Shown: positions 25,428-37,174 of the stretch, in pieces
Position numbering within the stretch: the first letter of the stretch is position 1
Layout: the number at the start of each line of letters is the position of its first letter
NCBI GenBank assembly: GCA_001661245.1
Contig: KV454016.1
Span: 866,268-930,267 of the forward strand
From: Pachysolen tannophilus NRRL Y-2460
Lineage: Eukaryota
Reading direction: 5' to 3'
Length of the DNA: 64,000 nucleotides
Notes under the pieces: generated by a model
The model's database searches: none
What the model was told of the DNA's origin: nothing
Seen by the model: the letters and a program-made list of their open reading frames with translations, nothing else
Program-made: the position numbers and the translations under genes

Positions 25428-26348
25428 ATGCCGGTTGAATTCAAAGAGTTGGTTAGAAGTTTTAACTATAAGAGGATTTTAAAATCTGATCCTCAATTGA
25501 AAATATTGGTAATATTAGGTACTATAAATGATAAAAATGCTATAATTTCTTTGGAAAAAACACATTTTCAATTCACAGAAGATGAATTATCTTTAACTTT
25601 AATAAAAGATTTGATACTTGATATTTCTCAAATTGAAGAAAATGATATTTATTATTGGGGAGTAGATTTGTTAAAACAAGATCTAACACGATTTCCATCA
25701 TCAAAGATAAACCTCATATATCCAGCTACTGATGTACACATCAAGAAATATGACCAACAAGAATTCCATATGATAACCGAGACTCCTCAGATGTATACTG
25801 AGATTGTCGAACCTTATATTAATAAAATGAAAGGTGATAGAATTAAATGGGTTAAAAACATTTTGTTTGATAATAAAGAACTGGAGAAAATCATTTATAG
25901 AGATGATGATTTAGAAAAAGGATTTGTAATTTTGCCAGATATGAAATGGGATGCTAAGACTTTAGATTCATTATATTTGGTTTGCATAGTAATGAGACAG
26001 GATATATCGTCATTACGAGACTTAAATGAATCACATATACCATGGTTGCAATCATTGTTACAAAAACTTCGTTCTGAAATACCAAAACACTACGTGGGTA
26101 TTAAACCTGATAACTTGAGAATATTCATACACTATCAACCATCCTATTATCACTTTCACATCCATATAGTGAATGTTAAGCATCCAGGATTAGGAGACGG
26201 TATATCTGTTGGTAAGGCAATATTATTAGAAGAAATTATTGAAAATTTGAAATATTTAGGTAAAAATGGTTATAAAAATAGAAATATAACTTATGCTATA
26301 GGTGAAAATCATGACTTGTGGGAAATGGGATTGAAAGATGCTAATTGA
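25428..26348 (+). CDS. DCS1: m7GpppX scavenger decapping enzyme (HIT family)
   Basis: KINLIYPATDVHIKKY, LPDMKWD, HYQPSYYHFHIH HIT motif. Confidence 0.96.
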   Translation: MPVEFKELVRSFNYKRILKSDPQLKILVILGTINDKNAIISLEKTHFQFTEDELSLTLIKDLILDISQIEENDIYYWGVDLLKQDLTRFPSSKINLIYPATDVHIKKYDQQEFHMITETPQMYTEIVEPYINKMKGDRIKWVKNILFDNKELEKIIYRDDDLEKGFVILPDMKWDAKTLDSLYLVCIVMRQDISSLRDLNESHIPWLQSLLQKLRSEIPKHYVGIKPDNLRIFIHYQPSYYHFHIHIVNVKHPGLGDGISVGKAILLEEIIENLKYLGKNGYKNRNITYAIGENHDLWEMGLKDAN

Positions 26349-26513
26349 TAGTAACTACTATCACTTGCGATACTCATATAATAAATTACTAAATCACTAA
26401 AGCTTGCTTCTATTGTAGTCTATATAGATAACCATATATCACCTTCGAATAAATTAATATAATTAATCTGAGCGCTTGTTGTGCACTATTTCATTGCATT
26501 TTGATATCAATTT

Positions 26514-26521
26514 GCGATGAG
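26514..26521 (+). promoter_or_regulatory. PAC motif GCGATGAG upstream of the G-patch gene
   Basis: Exact PAC core about 100 bp upstream of ATG 26622. Confidence 0.5.
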
Positions 26522-26621
26522 TTTGGGGAATAAACATATATATATATATATTTATTTAGCATAGATTCAATGATTTAGTGTAATAATTGTTTAAATTAAT
26601 AAATATTTTGCCAAGTCTGAT

Positions 26622-27806
26622 ATGGTTTCAAAGAGGCCAGCTTTTGAGTCATCTTCAGAGGAGGAAACAAATGATAGAGATTCAAGTATTAAGTTAGGGA
26701 AAAAGAAGAGATTTTTTGTACCGAAATCTATAACGCAAAATGATGATTATGAAAATGGAGTGAATATTGAGTCTGATAAGCATTTTAGTGATGATGATGA
26801 AGAAGAAGAAGTTGATGAAGAAATTGAAGATTATATGACCATGAGTGTACAAGAATTTGAAGAGAGTAAAAAGACTGGAAATCGGGAAGCAGATAGGAAT
26901 GATTTACATGGTATGAAATATGATGAAATTCAAAAACTTAAAAGAGATGAAGCAATCCGTACATCTTTATTAGAGTCTCAATCTAGTGGTCAAAAATCCA
27001 GAGGGTTATCAATAATGGAGAAAATGGGGTTTAAAGTTGGTGATAGATTGGGGAGAAACAAAAGCGATTGCAAAGCTTTATCGGAACCTATATTGATTAA
27101 TCTTTCAGGAAATGAATCAAGAGCTGGATTGGGGTTTATTGATGTTGATAAATCTAAAGAAAACGATGATGAGGTAGATGATGATCAATTCAGGAAAAGA
27201 ATAGTTCTGGGTAAGGTTGAGAAGCACAGAGAGATTGTCATCAATAAAATGATGAAATTGATATTTGAATTTGAATATGAAGAATATGAACGTTTAATGA
27301 AAAAGAAGACCAAGGGTCACAATAGCGACATTGACATTTTACTGCTAGATCCACTAGATGTCAATGTTTTATGCAGAAGGTACTTAGTTACCTTGCAGCA
27401 TAAGCTTATAGATGGACTCCAATATGAAGCCGGTGATGAGGAGGATGATGAATTAGAAGAAGTTGCCAATCCCGATGAAGTACCCTTAGATATAGAAAAC
27501 GACGAAGACGACAACGACGAAGACAACAACAACAACAACAAACAAGAAATAACAAATGAATTACCCAACCTAAAGATTAAACCAGTGCCCAAGAAAAAAA
27601 AAATTGGTGCTGCTATCAACTACAAGTTTGAAGACGATACCAAGTTTATGGAATTTGCTAAAACTTCAAGCCAGGAAAAATTATCAAGATTAAACACCTA
27701 CCTTAGATCTAATTTTTACTACTGCTATTATTGTGGAGTTCTGTATAACAATATAAAAGATTTATTGGATAGCTGTCCAGGAGAAAAAGAAGAAGATCAT
27801 TGTTGA
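26622..27806 (+). CDS. CMG1: G-patch protein with C-terminal DUF4187 Zn-binding domain (Cmg1/GPATCH11-like)
   Basis: SRGLSIMEKMGFKVGDRLG..RAGLG G-patch; YLRSNFYYCYYCG..CPG..EEDH; follows DCS1 as YLR270W-YLR271W do. Confidence 0.85.
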   Translation: MVSKRPAFESSSEEETNDRDSSIKLGKKKRFFVPKSITQNDDYENGVNIESDKHFSDDDEEEEVDEEIEDYMTMSVQEFEESKKTGNREADRNDLHGMKYDEIQKLKRDEAIRTSLLESQSSGQKSRGLSIMEKMGFKVGDRLGRNKSDCKALSEPILINLSGNESRAGLGFIDVDKSKENDDEVDDDQFRKRIVLGKVEKHREIVINKMMKLIFEFEYEEYERLMKKKTKGHNSDIDILLLDPLDVNVLCRRYLVTLQHKLIDGLQYEAGDEEDDELEEVANPDEVPLDIENDEDDNDEDNNNNNKQEITNELPNLKIKPVPKKKKIGAAINYKFEDDTKFMEFAKTSSQEKLSRLNTYLRSNFYYCYYCGVLYNNIKDLLDSCPGEKEEDHC

Positions 27807-27962
27807 ATTCATTAATTAAGATATCTATGAACGTATTTGTTATATATATGTATATATTTTAGGATAGTTTTTAGTATAGAATACATGAAAAATAAAAAGT
27901 TAAAAATATTAAAATATTGAAATATTGAAATACAAAAATATAATATATAAATTATAGAGAAA

Positions 27963-28877
27963 ATGTCTACTCAGCCTGGCTTCTCAAGAGTTTCATCTAC
28001 TGTTAGGATGAATAATATGACATCACCATCAATTGCGATGTCTCCGGAGACACCAACAATCAATACAGCTGCAAATATATCTGCGTCTTCGTCGGTGGTG
28101 AATTTACAAATGTCTTCATATATTGATTCAAGTAACAAGAAATATGAAGATTTGGAACTTTTTAAAGAGTTGAATAGTTTTGAAAAGAATTTATCACTGA
28201 TAGCTGAAAGTATAACAAATTATAAAGAACCCAATATAAGAGATTTTAAAAATTTAAATAAAAATTTAGATACTATAAATCATCAATTGAATGATGTTGA
28301 GATATATTTAAAATTACTGAAACATAAGAATTTGAAATTAAATCGATCAAATAGGTTATTAAAAGAAAATTTTTTAAAAATATTACTTGAGTTGAATGAA
28401 TATCGTAAAACTTTGAGTCAACTTCCTAATTTGAATGTATCGGAAGAGAATTTAGAAAATGAAGAACAAGATAATGAAAATGGAGTGAAAACAGAAGATT
28501 TATTACAATATGCGTTGAAGTTGTCAAAATTTAGTAAGATCCCACCAAGTTTCGATCTAAATTCTATAAATCCAAGGAATTTCATATGGCCAGGTGAGGA
28601 TTCTTTAAGAAGAGGAGTGTTGGCGATGGCATCATTAAAACAAGACGAATTGATTAAAGTAGGAGATGAAGATAAATTAGTAGAAGAAAAACCAATGGAA
28701 GGTATAGTGGAAGGTCAAGATCACGAATCTGAAGCATCTGATGAAGAATTCTTGAATCAAAGAAGATCATCGTTCAATTATGAAAATAGAGGTGACATAG
28801 AGGCTCCAAAGAATGAAATTCATGAAAATGCTGTTACTGATCTTGATTTGTTTGATTCGGATGACGATGATACTTGA
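27963..28877 (+). CDS. MED4: Mediator subunit Med4
   Basis: [36 protein letters not shown]; acidic DLDLFD tail. Confidence 0.92.
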   Translation: MSTQPGFSRVSSTVRMNNMTSPSIAMSPETPTINTAANISASSSVVNLQMSSYIDSSNKKYEDLELFKELNSFEKNLSLIAESITNYKEPNIRDFKNLNKNLDTINHQLNDVEIYLKLLKHKNLKLNRSNRLLKENFLKILLELNEYRKTLSQLPNLNVSEENLENEEQDNENGVKTEDLLQYALKLSKFSKIPPSFDLNSINPRNFIWPGEDSLRRGVLAMASLKQDELIKVGDEDKLVEEKPMEGIVEGQDHESEASDEEFLNQRRSSFNYENRGDIEAPKNEIHENAVTDLDLFDSDDDDT

Positions 28878-29148
28878 ACAATTTAGTAAATAAAAATAAA
28901 AAGAAAATTAGTAAAAGACTTTCTTTCTTAAATAATAGGCATCCCTTTAATATATTCTATAGCTAAACCAGTTTATAATTTGATATGTACGTAAAACTAT
29001 TGACAATTTAAAATATAAAATAAAAATAAAAATAAAAAATAAAAAATGAAAAAGAAGGTGAATAGCAAATAACGAAAGCCAAATATCCCTATGTGTTATT
29101 GTTATTGTTATTATTATTATTATTATTATTATTCTCGTTGTGATTTAC

Positions 29149-30978
29149 TCATATATTCAAATCTTTACGCATTTCTTCAAATGCTTTTTTAATTTTAATT
29201 TTTTCCTTTTCATCAATTATAGCCTCACCACTCGATATACTCTCTTTAAGAGCTTTAATTTTTTCAAAATCTTCATTGAAATTCTTCTTTAGGTCCCGCA
29301 AATCTCCATCTGGTAACCCGTATGATGGTGTGTTATAATTCAAAGTAGAGCGCAATTCTTCTTGATTGTCAAATTCAGGTATGATCTCATATTCTTCTAT
29401 TTCGTTCTTTTGTTCACTTGGCTCCAGAACAATAGGCTCTTCTTTCACCATTTCTTGTGGTTTCTTCGTTTCTATTGTGGTGTCTTGCATGTGATATTGT
29501 TTCAAAGTTTTAATAATTGGTTTGGCAAATGGACCTGAAAACACAAATATTGTAATTAAGATACTAAAATGAATGAAAAAATAAACTTGTCTCCAAACAA
29601 AGAGTGATTTTGAAAAATCTAATATAACAAACGGTTGAACTAAATATGCAAACGCCAACTGAGTTGTTATATATGAGATAATATCGTAAAAAATTTTATA
29701 ATGAGAAACATTTGAACCATTTTTACTTATGAAAAGAGGTCTTAAATTTTTTCTAAAAAGTTTACCACATGTCTGATAAAATGCACCAGTGATAAATGAC
29801 AAGTAATAACCTGGTTTTGTACCATGCCACATGGCAGAGGTAGCAAAAGTTGCAAAAGTTGATAAAAACCCTGGTTGTGGTTTAAATGTAATTGGATCTC
29901 TTTTTACCACTGTTCTAAGGTAGACATAATTTTTCAACCATTTATTAGTATTCATATTCCAAGCTTCAAAACCTGTATGTACATTTTGACTTGTTTCAAA
30001 CAGGTAAGGATCAATATTTTGAACTCTATTCCAATAAAATTTATCCTTTTGCTTATCATATCCATTATAACCGATTCCAGATAATATACAACTTCCTTCT
30101 GCAATTAGCCAAACCGCATAATATCTTAACCTATAGAAAAAAGCAGATATATATAAATACCAAATTTTATATAATAAAGTTTTTTTCTGAAATTCAGTGG
30201 TGAAAAAATATTCAGGAGAAATTTTAGAGCTAAGAATAACCATTAACAGTGCCCATCCAATACCTTGAAATACTTTATATAATGCAATTCTACCACTTTT
30301 TGGAATTTTTCTTTTTCTTCTTCTACCAGGTTTTTTATTTTCAGGAACATCTTCAAATAAATCTGTTAATATGAATTTTTCATAATCTGCATAATCAAAA
30401 GCTGGTCCAGTTAATAATGAAGGATAATAAAAACAATAACTAAGAAAACTAATAAGTTTAGGATGTTTTAAAATAACTCTTGATTTTTGGTATGTATTTA
30501 AAGTTTGATCAAATCTTTGTTTATCCTTTTCATACAATAACCCATCATAATAAGACCAACCAAAAGAAGATAATTTCATCACCAATACCATTTGAGATCC
30601 AGTGATATCAATCTTTGTAGGATCATAAACATTGAAAAATTGTGCCTCAATATGATTTAATAACAAATGTGACATCAAGAAAATAAAATTTATCCATGGC
30701 ATATATTTTGATTTATAATATTTTGTAATCAAATAAGTAAACATTGAAGATATAAACAATGTCATGAATCCAGAATATAATTCCAATATCTCAAAAATGT
30801 AAAAAGCAGAAACACCTATTATATAATAATTTTTAAAATTATAATAATGATCAGGCATTCTCTTGAAAATAGCATTCAATGGGAATGATAAAAACAAACA
30901 CACCAAGATTTTAATAGAAGCATTATCAAGACTCGACAAAGCCGATAACCTTATAATCTGCTCCTGAATCAATTGCAT
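29149..30978 (-). CDS. ALE1: MBOAT lysophospholipid acyltransferase
   Basis: ATG 30978; DITGSQMVLVMKLSSFGW, LLTGP, WNMNTNKWLKNYVYLR, SAMWHG (catalytic His). Confidence 0.96.
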   Translation of the reverse strand: MQLIQEQIIRLSALSSLDNASIKILVCLFLSFPLNAIFKRMPDHYYNFKNYYIIGVSAFYIFEILELYSGFMTLFISSMFTYLITKYYKSKYMPWINFIFLMSHLLLNHIEAQFFNVYDPTKIDITGSQMVLVMKLSSFGWSYYDGLLYEKDKQRFDQTLNTYQKSRVILKHPKLISFLSYCFYYPSLLTGPAFDYADYEKFILTDLFEDVPENKKPGRRRKRKIPKSGRIALYKVFQGIGWALLMVILSSKISPEYFFTTEFQKKTLLYKIWYLYISAFFYRLRYYAVWLIAEGSCILSGIGYNGYDKQKDKFYWNRVQNIDPYLFETSQNVHTGFEAWNMNTNKWLKNYVYLRTVVKRDPITFKPQPGFLSTFATFATSAMWHGTKPGYYLSFITGAFYQTCGKLFRKNLRPLFISKNGSNVSHYKIFYDIISYITTQLAFAYLVQPFVILDFSKSLFVWRQVYFFIHFSILITIFVFSGPFAKPIIKTLKQYHMQDTTIETKKPQEMVKEEPIVLEPSEQKNEIEEYEIIPEFDNQEELRSTLNYNTPSYGLPDGDLRDLKKNFNEDFEKIKALKESISSGEAIIDEKEKIKIKKAFEEMRKDLNI

Positions 30979-31179
30979 TGTCAAAGGATCTGGATCAAGA
31001 TTTAATTATTAGTTATATCATTTTAATATTATTTCACGTTTTTCATATTTTTTTTTTTTTGTTTTCATCATATTTTTACGTTTAATTTTTTTCTTTCTTT
31101 TCTTTTCGTTCTTTTTTGTTAACGATCAACATATAATAAGAATAAATTAGAAACTACACATATATATAAAGAGATCACG

Positions 31180-31832
31180 ATGATCAAATCATCTATAAGT
31201 CGCTCGTTACAATGTTGTTCCAGAAGATCTTTTATTAGTATACCTAACCTATCTCTGGATAGTTGTGGTCACCAAAAATATGTTATCAATAAGAGATTGA
31301 ATCACCCTGTGAAACTTATGTACGAAATTATATCACAAGTGGATAAATATGAAGATTTTATACCATATTGTACAAATAGTTTTATAGAAGAGAAAGACCC
31401 AGTCACGGGACAGCCAAGCAGGGCAGGCTTGAGAGTGGGATTCAAACAATTTGATGAAAGGTTTGTATGTGATTTAAAATGTGTTGTAGAGAAACAAGTC
31501 ATTGTAAGTACAATAAATTATAAATGTATTTTCACAAAGAAAAAAGCAAAAAAAAAAAAAAAAAAAAAGAAAACAATTCCACTAACAAACAATAGGCTCA
31601 ATCGGTAACTCACTCATTATTCAACCATTTATATTCAGAATGGAACATTAACCCTTTAAAATCAGATAAACAATGTGAAATACAACTCATATTGAAATAC
31701 GATTTTAAAAATAACTTGTACAACAAAATCTCATCGCTTTTTGCCTCCAAAATCAGCCAAATAATGTTGAAAGCATTTGAACAACGTGCCATCGACATCA
31801 GAAAGAACAATTCCCTCTCACAAAAGCTCTAG
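31180..31832 (+). CDS. COQ10: Coenzyme Q-binding START-domain protein, 2 exons
   Basis: Exon 1 31180-31503, intron 31504-31595 GTAAGT..CACTAAC..TAG, exon 2 31596-31832 (AQSVTHSLFNHLYSEW..MLKAFEQRA); YEDFIPYC, LRVGFKQFDERF. Confidence 0.92.
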
Positions 31833-32140
31833 CTCTAGTTCTTGCTCTAGTTCTTTACGAACAAATCGAATTTTTACTAACAAATTTCTGTGGTCGTGCG
31901 CGGAAACACCAATTTGGATGGCAATGTTTGATTTAAAAATATTATTGAAAGTTATAGAAAAAGTTTGTAGTTTATATATAATATTGTTTAAAAAAGTGTA
32001 TTATAGTAATAAATTAAAAAAAGTAATTAATAGATATCAATTCATTGGATAGGGATAGATAGTTTTTTGTTTCGTATTGTATGGAGTGATCTTGAAGTGT
32101 TTGAAAGTTATTGAGGAAAAAACAAGAAGGAAAAAAAAGA

Positions 32141-34131
32141 ATGGACAATCATTTATTTGGACTGGATTCTGCTTTAGTAGATGATCCATGGAAGTTACCT
32201 TTTCTGAAAGGAAATAATGATCATAATAATAATAATAATAATAATAGTAGCGGAGATAATTTTGGTCTTCATCATGATCCATGGCCGCTTGATGATAGCG
32301 ATAATGAGAATGAAGTCAATAATAATGAATATGATGATGGTTATGGACATGGACATGGAATGTCCCATGGAATGTCCCATGGACGTGTACTTGATGATCC
32401 ATTGACTCATGATATACTTTCTGGATCTCAGATAATTGAAAATAATATTCTGAATAATAATGAAACTACAACGATAAATACTTCAAGAGATGAAAGTTAT
32501 AATGACGATTTATTGAATAATATTTGGGATTTAGAATTAACCAATTCATTTAATCCTTTAGGATATCATAATTCTTCTGATAAATCATATGTAAGAGTTA
32601 AAGAAATTCCAGAAAAAGAAGGTTTATTATTTAAACATATCAATTATTTAATAACACATAATATTAAATTTGTTGGAAATAATCAACAAAGAAGTGCTAG
32701 TGATAGTGATATTAAAATTGTAAGAAGATATAGTGATTTTGCTTGGTTATTAGAAGTATTATTGAAAAAATATCCATTTAGGTGTATTCCAGAATTACCA
32801 CCAAAGAAATTTAACGGTATGTAAAAATAACTTAAAATAACTTTTTTTTTTTGTTGTTGTTGTTGTTTACCAAAATTGACATATACTAACTGAAATCTTT
32901 TTTCACCTTTAATTAAGTAGGTAATACTGCATCTCCCGATTCTATTTTTTTACAGAAAAGAAGGAGAAGTTTACAAAGATTCTTAAACCAATTGATAAAA
33001 CATCCAATATTGAATAAAGAGAATCTAGTAATTATGTTTTTAACAGTACCGACAGATTTTACAAATTGGAAAAAATTTGCAAATATAGATTTAAATGATG
33101 AGTTTAATGGTATTAAAATAGTATTACCTTCAAAATATAAAATTGAATTTAATGGGAATTTTAATAATAATCATAATGGTAATGAAATTAATGATCATAG
33201 ACGTAAAGAAGATGATGATTCTGAAGAAGAAATTGAAGGAGGAGATGGATTGCAGAATAATAATAATATAACAATCAATGAAGATACTGATGATAGAGAT
33301 AAACCAAGTTTGCAACAAGTATTGAAAAATATTCAAAATATATGGAATGAAAATGATAATAATGATTTGAATTTTATATCAAATTGTCATAATTTAAATT
33401 CAAATTTTATTATGTTAATTGATTCATGGTCAAAATTAACAATTTTAATGGAAAGATTCAAAAAAAGAGAACAAGCAATTGCATTGGATGAACAAAGATT
33501 TAAAACAATTTTAAATCATTTTTTAAATAATGATAATAAAGTTTTCCAAATGAATAATTTAATTAATATTACACAAAATTCATCTTTCTATAATTTTGAA
33601 AATGAAGAAGTACAAAATTTAGGAATTATAAATAATTTAAGTTCTAAAGTTTCTAATTTTTTTTCCAAAAAAAATGAATATAAATCAGAAGAAATGTCTT
33701 ATATGGATTCAAATATTTTGGAAAATTTTTATAAATTTCAAGATTATCTTATCTCATTTCAACATCTTATTGAAAGATTAATAATATACAAAGCAAATAT
33801 TGAAAAACAAAATAGTTTAATAATTTCTAAATTTTTAAAATCTATGGAGAAATTTAAAAATTGGCGTTTAAAACCAGACTTAAAAGGAAGCGATTTTGAT
33901 AAATTGAAAAATTTCATACTTCAACAAATAAATGACTTGAATAAAAATTTATCCAAAATATTATTGATTAAAAATTGTGTTAAATTTGAATTTAAAATTT
34001 TCATGAAAGTAAAGTATATTTTAAGTGAAATTTTCCAGGATTGGTTCAGTAGCAAATCCAAATATGGAGATTTATACAGTGATTTGTTAAATAAATGCTT
34101 TAATGAAATTCAAGATTTGCCTTTGAAATAA
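32141..34131 (+). CDS. MVP1: Sorting nexin Mvp1 (PX-BAR), 2 exons
   Basis: Exon 1 32141-32816, intron from 32817 GTATGT..TACTAAC to AAG (32917) or TAG (32920); PEKEGLLFKHINY, VRRYSDFAWLLEVLLKKYPFR..LPPKK. Confidence 0.93.
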
Positions 34132-34229
34132 AGCAAAAAGTCAATCTTTNTTTTTTTTTTTCTTTCTTTCTTTTTTATATTTTTATGTTTATTGTTACTA
34201 TTAATACTTTATAACTTTGAATTAGAAGA

Positions 34230-35333
34230 TCAGGCTATTTTCTTGGAACTATTTGTAAAACCAATACCTTTAACGGTAGCAATCAATTGATTTTGATCTT
34301 GGTCATCACTATCTTTAAAATAGAATTCAGCACCCAAGACTTCTTTAATATCCCTCAACTTCCAAATCAAATCGTCATCTATTTGCAGTTTATGTACTTT
34401 TAATCTTCCAATATCCTCTTTCCCAATGCACATGTATACCATAGCGAAAACCAATTGATTTCTACCACAACAACCACTTTCACTTATTTCTTTTAACAAT
34501 TTTAAGCAACAACTATTAGCAACATCTTCTGGTAATTCACCATTGGAACCAATATCTTCACTAATAAATCTCCAATTATTTTTCTTACTCTCAGCAGCAA
34601 GAGTTAAACCAAAACCAGGAGATTTACCAGAATTTTCACCTCTCCAAACATCTGCTGTAATATTTACTTCACATCCAATTGGTTTCAAAACTTTTCTGAC
34701 TTCGTCAATCATTCTATTTACAATTGATGGTGATACCCTCGTACAATACGCCACACCTCTTACTGACGATATCTTTGGTACTTCAAGTGCATGCAAAGTT
34801 AAAGGACTTGAAAGCAAAGTATTACAAATTAAATGAACTTCTCCTCCACCCAATGGTGGAGATCCTCTTTTCAAAGTATGGATTGAAACTTCTCGAACAC
34901 CAAATTTTTCCATTATTGGTATTATACCCCATCTAATACTTTCTATACTTGCATCAATCTTTGAAGATGTGATACCTTTAAAAATTATACTAAATTTTTT
35001 CTTTGAAAAAGGTGCCAAATACAACATAGATTCTAAAAAATAACCAACTGGTTTAGAATCTGGGCATTGATGGATCAAATTTCCCCCAATAATTAAACCA
35101 GGTTTATATATAACTGTTGTACCGGTATAAGATATCTCTATTACTGAACCATTTGTCACACTCTCCAATAATCTAAGAAAAGAAACTTCATAATCTTTAA
35201 GACCTGGGTTTAAATCATTAGACCTTATCTTCTCAATCTTGATCGCTTTCCCTGAAAGTGTTGCAAGTACCAATCTCAACCTAAAGTTCCTTGGACCTCT
35301 AAAAGTTTTTATCTTCGATTCTGATTTCGACAT
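34230..35333 (-). CDS. RCL1: RNA 3'-phosphate cyclase-like 18S rRNA processing factor
   Basis: ATG 35333; NFRLRLVLATLSGK, PGLKDYEVSFLRLLE, KRGSPPLGGGEV, GIGFTNSSKKIA; RRPE (TGAAAAATTT) at 35471-35480. Confidence 0.97.
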   Translation of the reverse strand: MSKSESKIKTFRGPRNFRLRLVLATLSGKAIKIEKIRSNDLNPGLKDYEVSFLRLLESVTNGSVIEISYTGTTVIYKPGLIIGGNLIHQCPDSKPVGYFLESMLYLAPFSKKKFSIIFKGITSSKIDASIESIRWGIIPIMEKFGVREVSIHTLKRGSPPLGGGEVHLICNTLLSSPLTLHALEVPKISSVRGVAYCTRVSPSIVNRMIDEVRKVLKPIGCEVNITADVWRGENSGKSPGFGLTLAAESKKNNWRFISEDIGSNGELPEDVANSCCLKLLKEISESGCCGRNQLVFAMVYMCIGKEDIGRLKVHKLQIDDDLIWKLRDIKEVLGAEFYFKDSDDQDQNQLIATVKGIGFTNSSKKIA

Positions 35334-35713
35334 AATGATGCCAGTCTCTTTCTTCAATTACCTTGATCAATACGACAGGAAGATATATATTATATATATA
35401 TATATATATATATTTAATACCCATTATATATCTATAATGTTTTTAGATGTTTTTACAAAAGAAAAAAAAAAAATTTTTCAGGTGATAATGTAAGCCGGAG
35501 AAGATTTTTTATTTTTTTCTCCTCTTGGTTTCCGCTATATTTCCTTAAAGGAGAAGTTCATTTTAAAACGGAGAAGTTTTGTTTTTTTAATTTTTTTTTT
35601 TTTTGGTTGTTTTTTTCTATTTTTTTTTTTTTGGGTGTCACAGTCAGTTTCTTAATGAATCGATTAAATTTATGATAATGAGCAATTGTTTTATCAAATA
35701 AATCAATATCAGT

Positions 35714-36772
35714 ATGGATAATAAGAGGCCTTCTGAGGATGATCTAAGTGGTCAGAATGATGTGAATAAAAAAATAAAGTTAGAAAATGTAAATATCGGC
35801 GGTGATAGTGATAAGAATAATGGTAATAGTAATTTAATTATTAATAATAATATTAATAATAATAATAATAATAATAGTATTAGTAGTAATGGTAATAGCA
35901 ATGGTAATGGCGATAGTAATAATGAACAACAGGTTGAACTAATAGTACCGTCAACGGTGGTAAAGGAGAAAAAAAAGTATAATAAGAAGCCAAAGGATTC
36001 TGTCACGGAATCGAATGATCAAGAAAAATTAACTGATGCTGTTTTAGCAGCAGGAATTGATTTAAAAGCTGAAGAAAACCTTTTAGCGGTTTCATCAAAT
36101 AATGCAAATGCACCTCATGGTTCCGGAATAAGTGCAAGTAAAAGATCGGTAAGGTCTGAGCTGTTTTTAAATCCACGCCAGCTTGCAGCATTTATGAGAA
36201 AAGTTGCAGCAGAAAGTGGATTAAAGCAAATTTTTGATTCAGAAAGGGAAATTTTGGAATTAATTTCTTCAGCCTCTGAAACTTATATGTCTGATATAAT
36301 AACCAATGCAGTGGTATATTCACGTCATAGAAGAAGACCAATCACTTCAAAAACTTCTCATTCTTCTACTCCTCGTAGTGATATTTCAAAAGCACTTAGA
36401 GAAATAGCTACAAGGCAAAAAGAACAAGAAGAGAAAAGAGTTCAAAAAAGAATTGCACTAGGTATTGATGCAGTAGAAGATAAACAAGAAAAAGCAGGTG
36501 CCGAAGAGACCTTGCACAGAGCAGCAAATGCAACCGCTGCAATGATGACATCTTCAAAAAAGAAAAAATATAGTTGGATGACAGGTGCAAGTGGTTCAAA
36601 TAATAATGCTCCAAAGACAAATTCTGCAATTGCCTCAAGAGGTGACTCCGGTATAAGATTCAGAGAAGCCAGAGAAGAACAGGCAGTTGTTGTCAAAGAC
36701 TTGATCGCAGCACTCGAAAACAGAAATATCGGCGTTGACAAGACATTGACTAAAGCTTACAACAAGTTATAA
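35714..36772 (+). CDS. TAF4: TFIID subunit Taf4
   Basis: LTDAVLAAGIDLKAEE, histone fold ..SRHRR, HRAANATAAMM..KKKYSWM, IRFREAREE. Confidence 0.93.
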   Translation: MDNKRPSEDDLSGQNDVNKKIKLENVNIGGDSDKNNGNSNLIINNNINNNNNNNSISSNGNSNGNGDSNNEQQVELIVPSTVVKEKKKYNKKPKDSVTESNDQEKLTDAVLAAGIDLKAEENLLAVSSNNANAPHGSGISASKRSVRSELFLNPRQLAAFMRKVAAESGLKQIFDSEREILELISSASETYMSDIITNAVVYSRHRRRPITSKTSHSSTPRSDISKALREIATRQKEQEEKRVQKRIALGIDAVEDKQEKAGAEETLHRAANATAAMMTSSKKKKYSWMTGASGSNNNAPKTNSAIASRGDSGIRFREAREEQAVVVKDLIAALENRNIGVDKTLTKAYNKL

Positions 36773-36843
36773 GTTATAATTTTTACACTCACTGTATAGA
36801 GAGAGAAATATATTATTATTATCATCAAACTTAAAGTTAACCA

Positions 36844-36995
36844 CCAAATTAGGAAGTTTATTTCCTGTTTCAGTAATCGTAGTAAACAAATTTCCCAAAA
36901 CAGTTGATAGTTTCCAAATCAGGCAACTGGGGCTGATTTTTTTTTAATTTTTTTTTTTGTTTTTGTTTTCGATTAATAAAAAAAAAGTAAACAAA
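36844..36995 (+). promoter_or_regulatory. Mcm1 CArG boxes plus forkhead sites upstream of YCS4
   Basis: CCAAATTAGG 36844-36853, CCAAATCAGG 36914-36923, GTAAACAAA 36882-36890 and 36987-36995. Confidence 0.55.
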
Positions 36996-37174
36996 ACAGT
37001 TTTTTTTTCTCTTTAATTTTTATCTGCTTTTTAACCCATAATTAATTTAATGAGTAGTATCGGCGTCTAAATTTTGTGTTTTTCTTATTTCTGTTTAGTT
37101 GATATTTATCAGTATATTGGGCTGGAAGAAAGATCGATTATAAGGAGCTCTAGCTGTGTAAAGGGAGGGGGAAA

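Noticed and set aside
34150..34150. Ambiguous base n
   Set aside because: Assembly artefact in a poly(T) run
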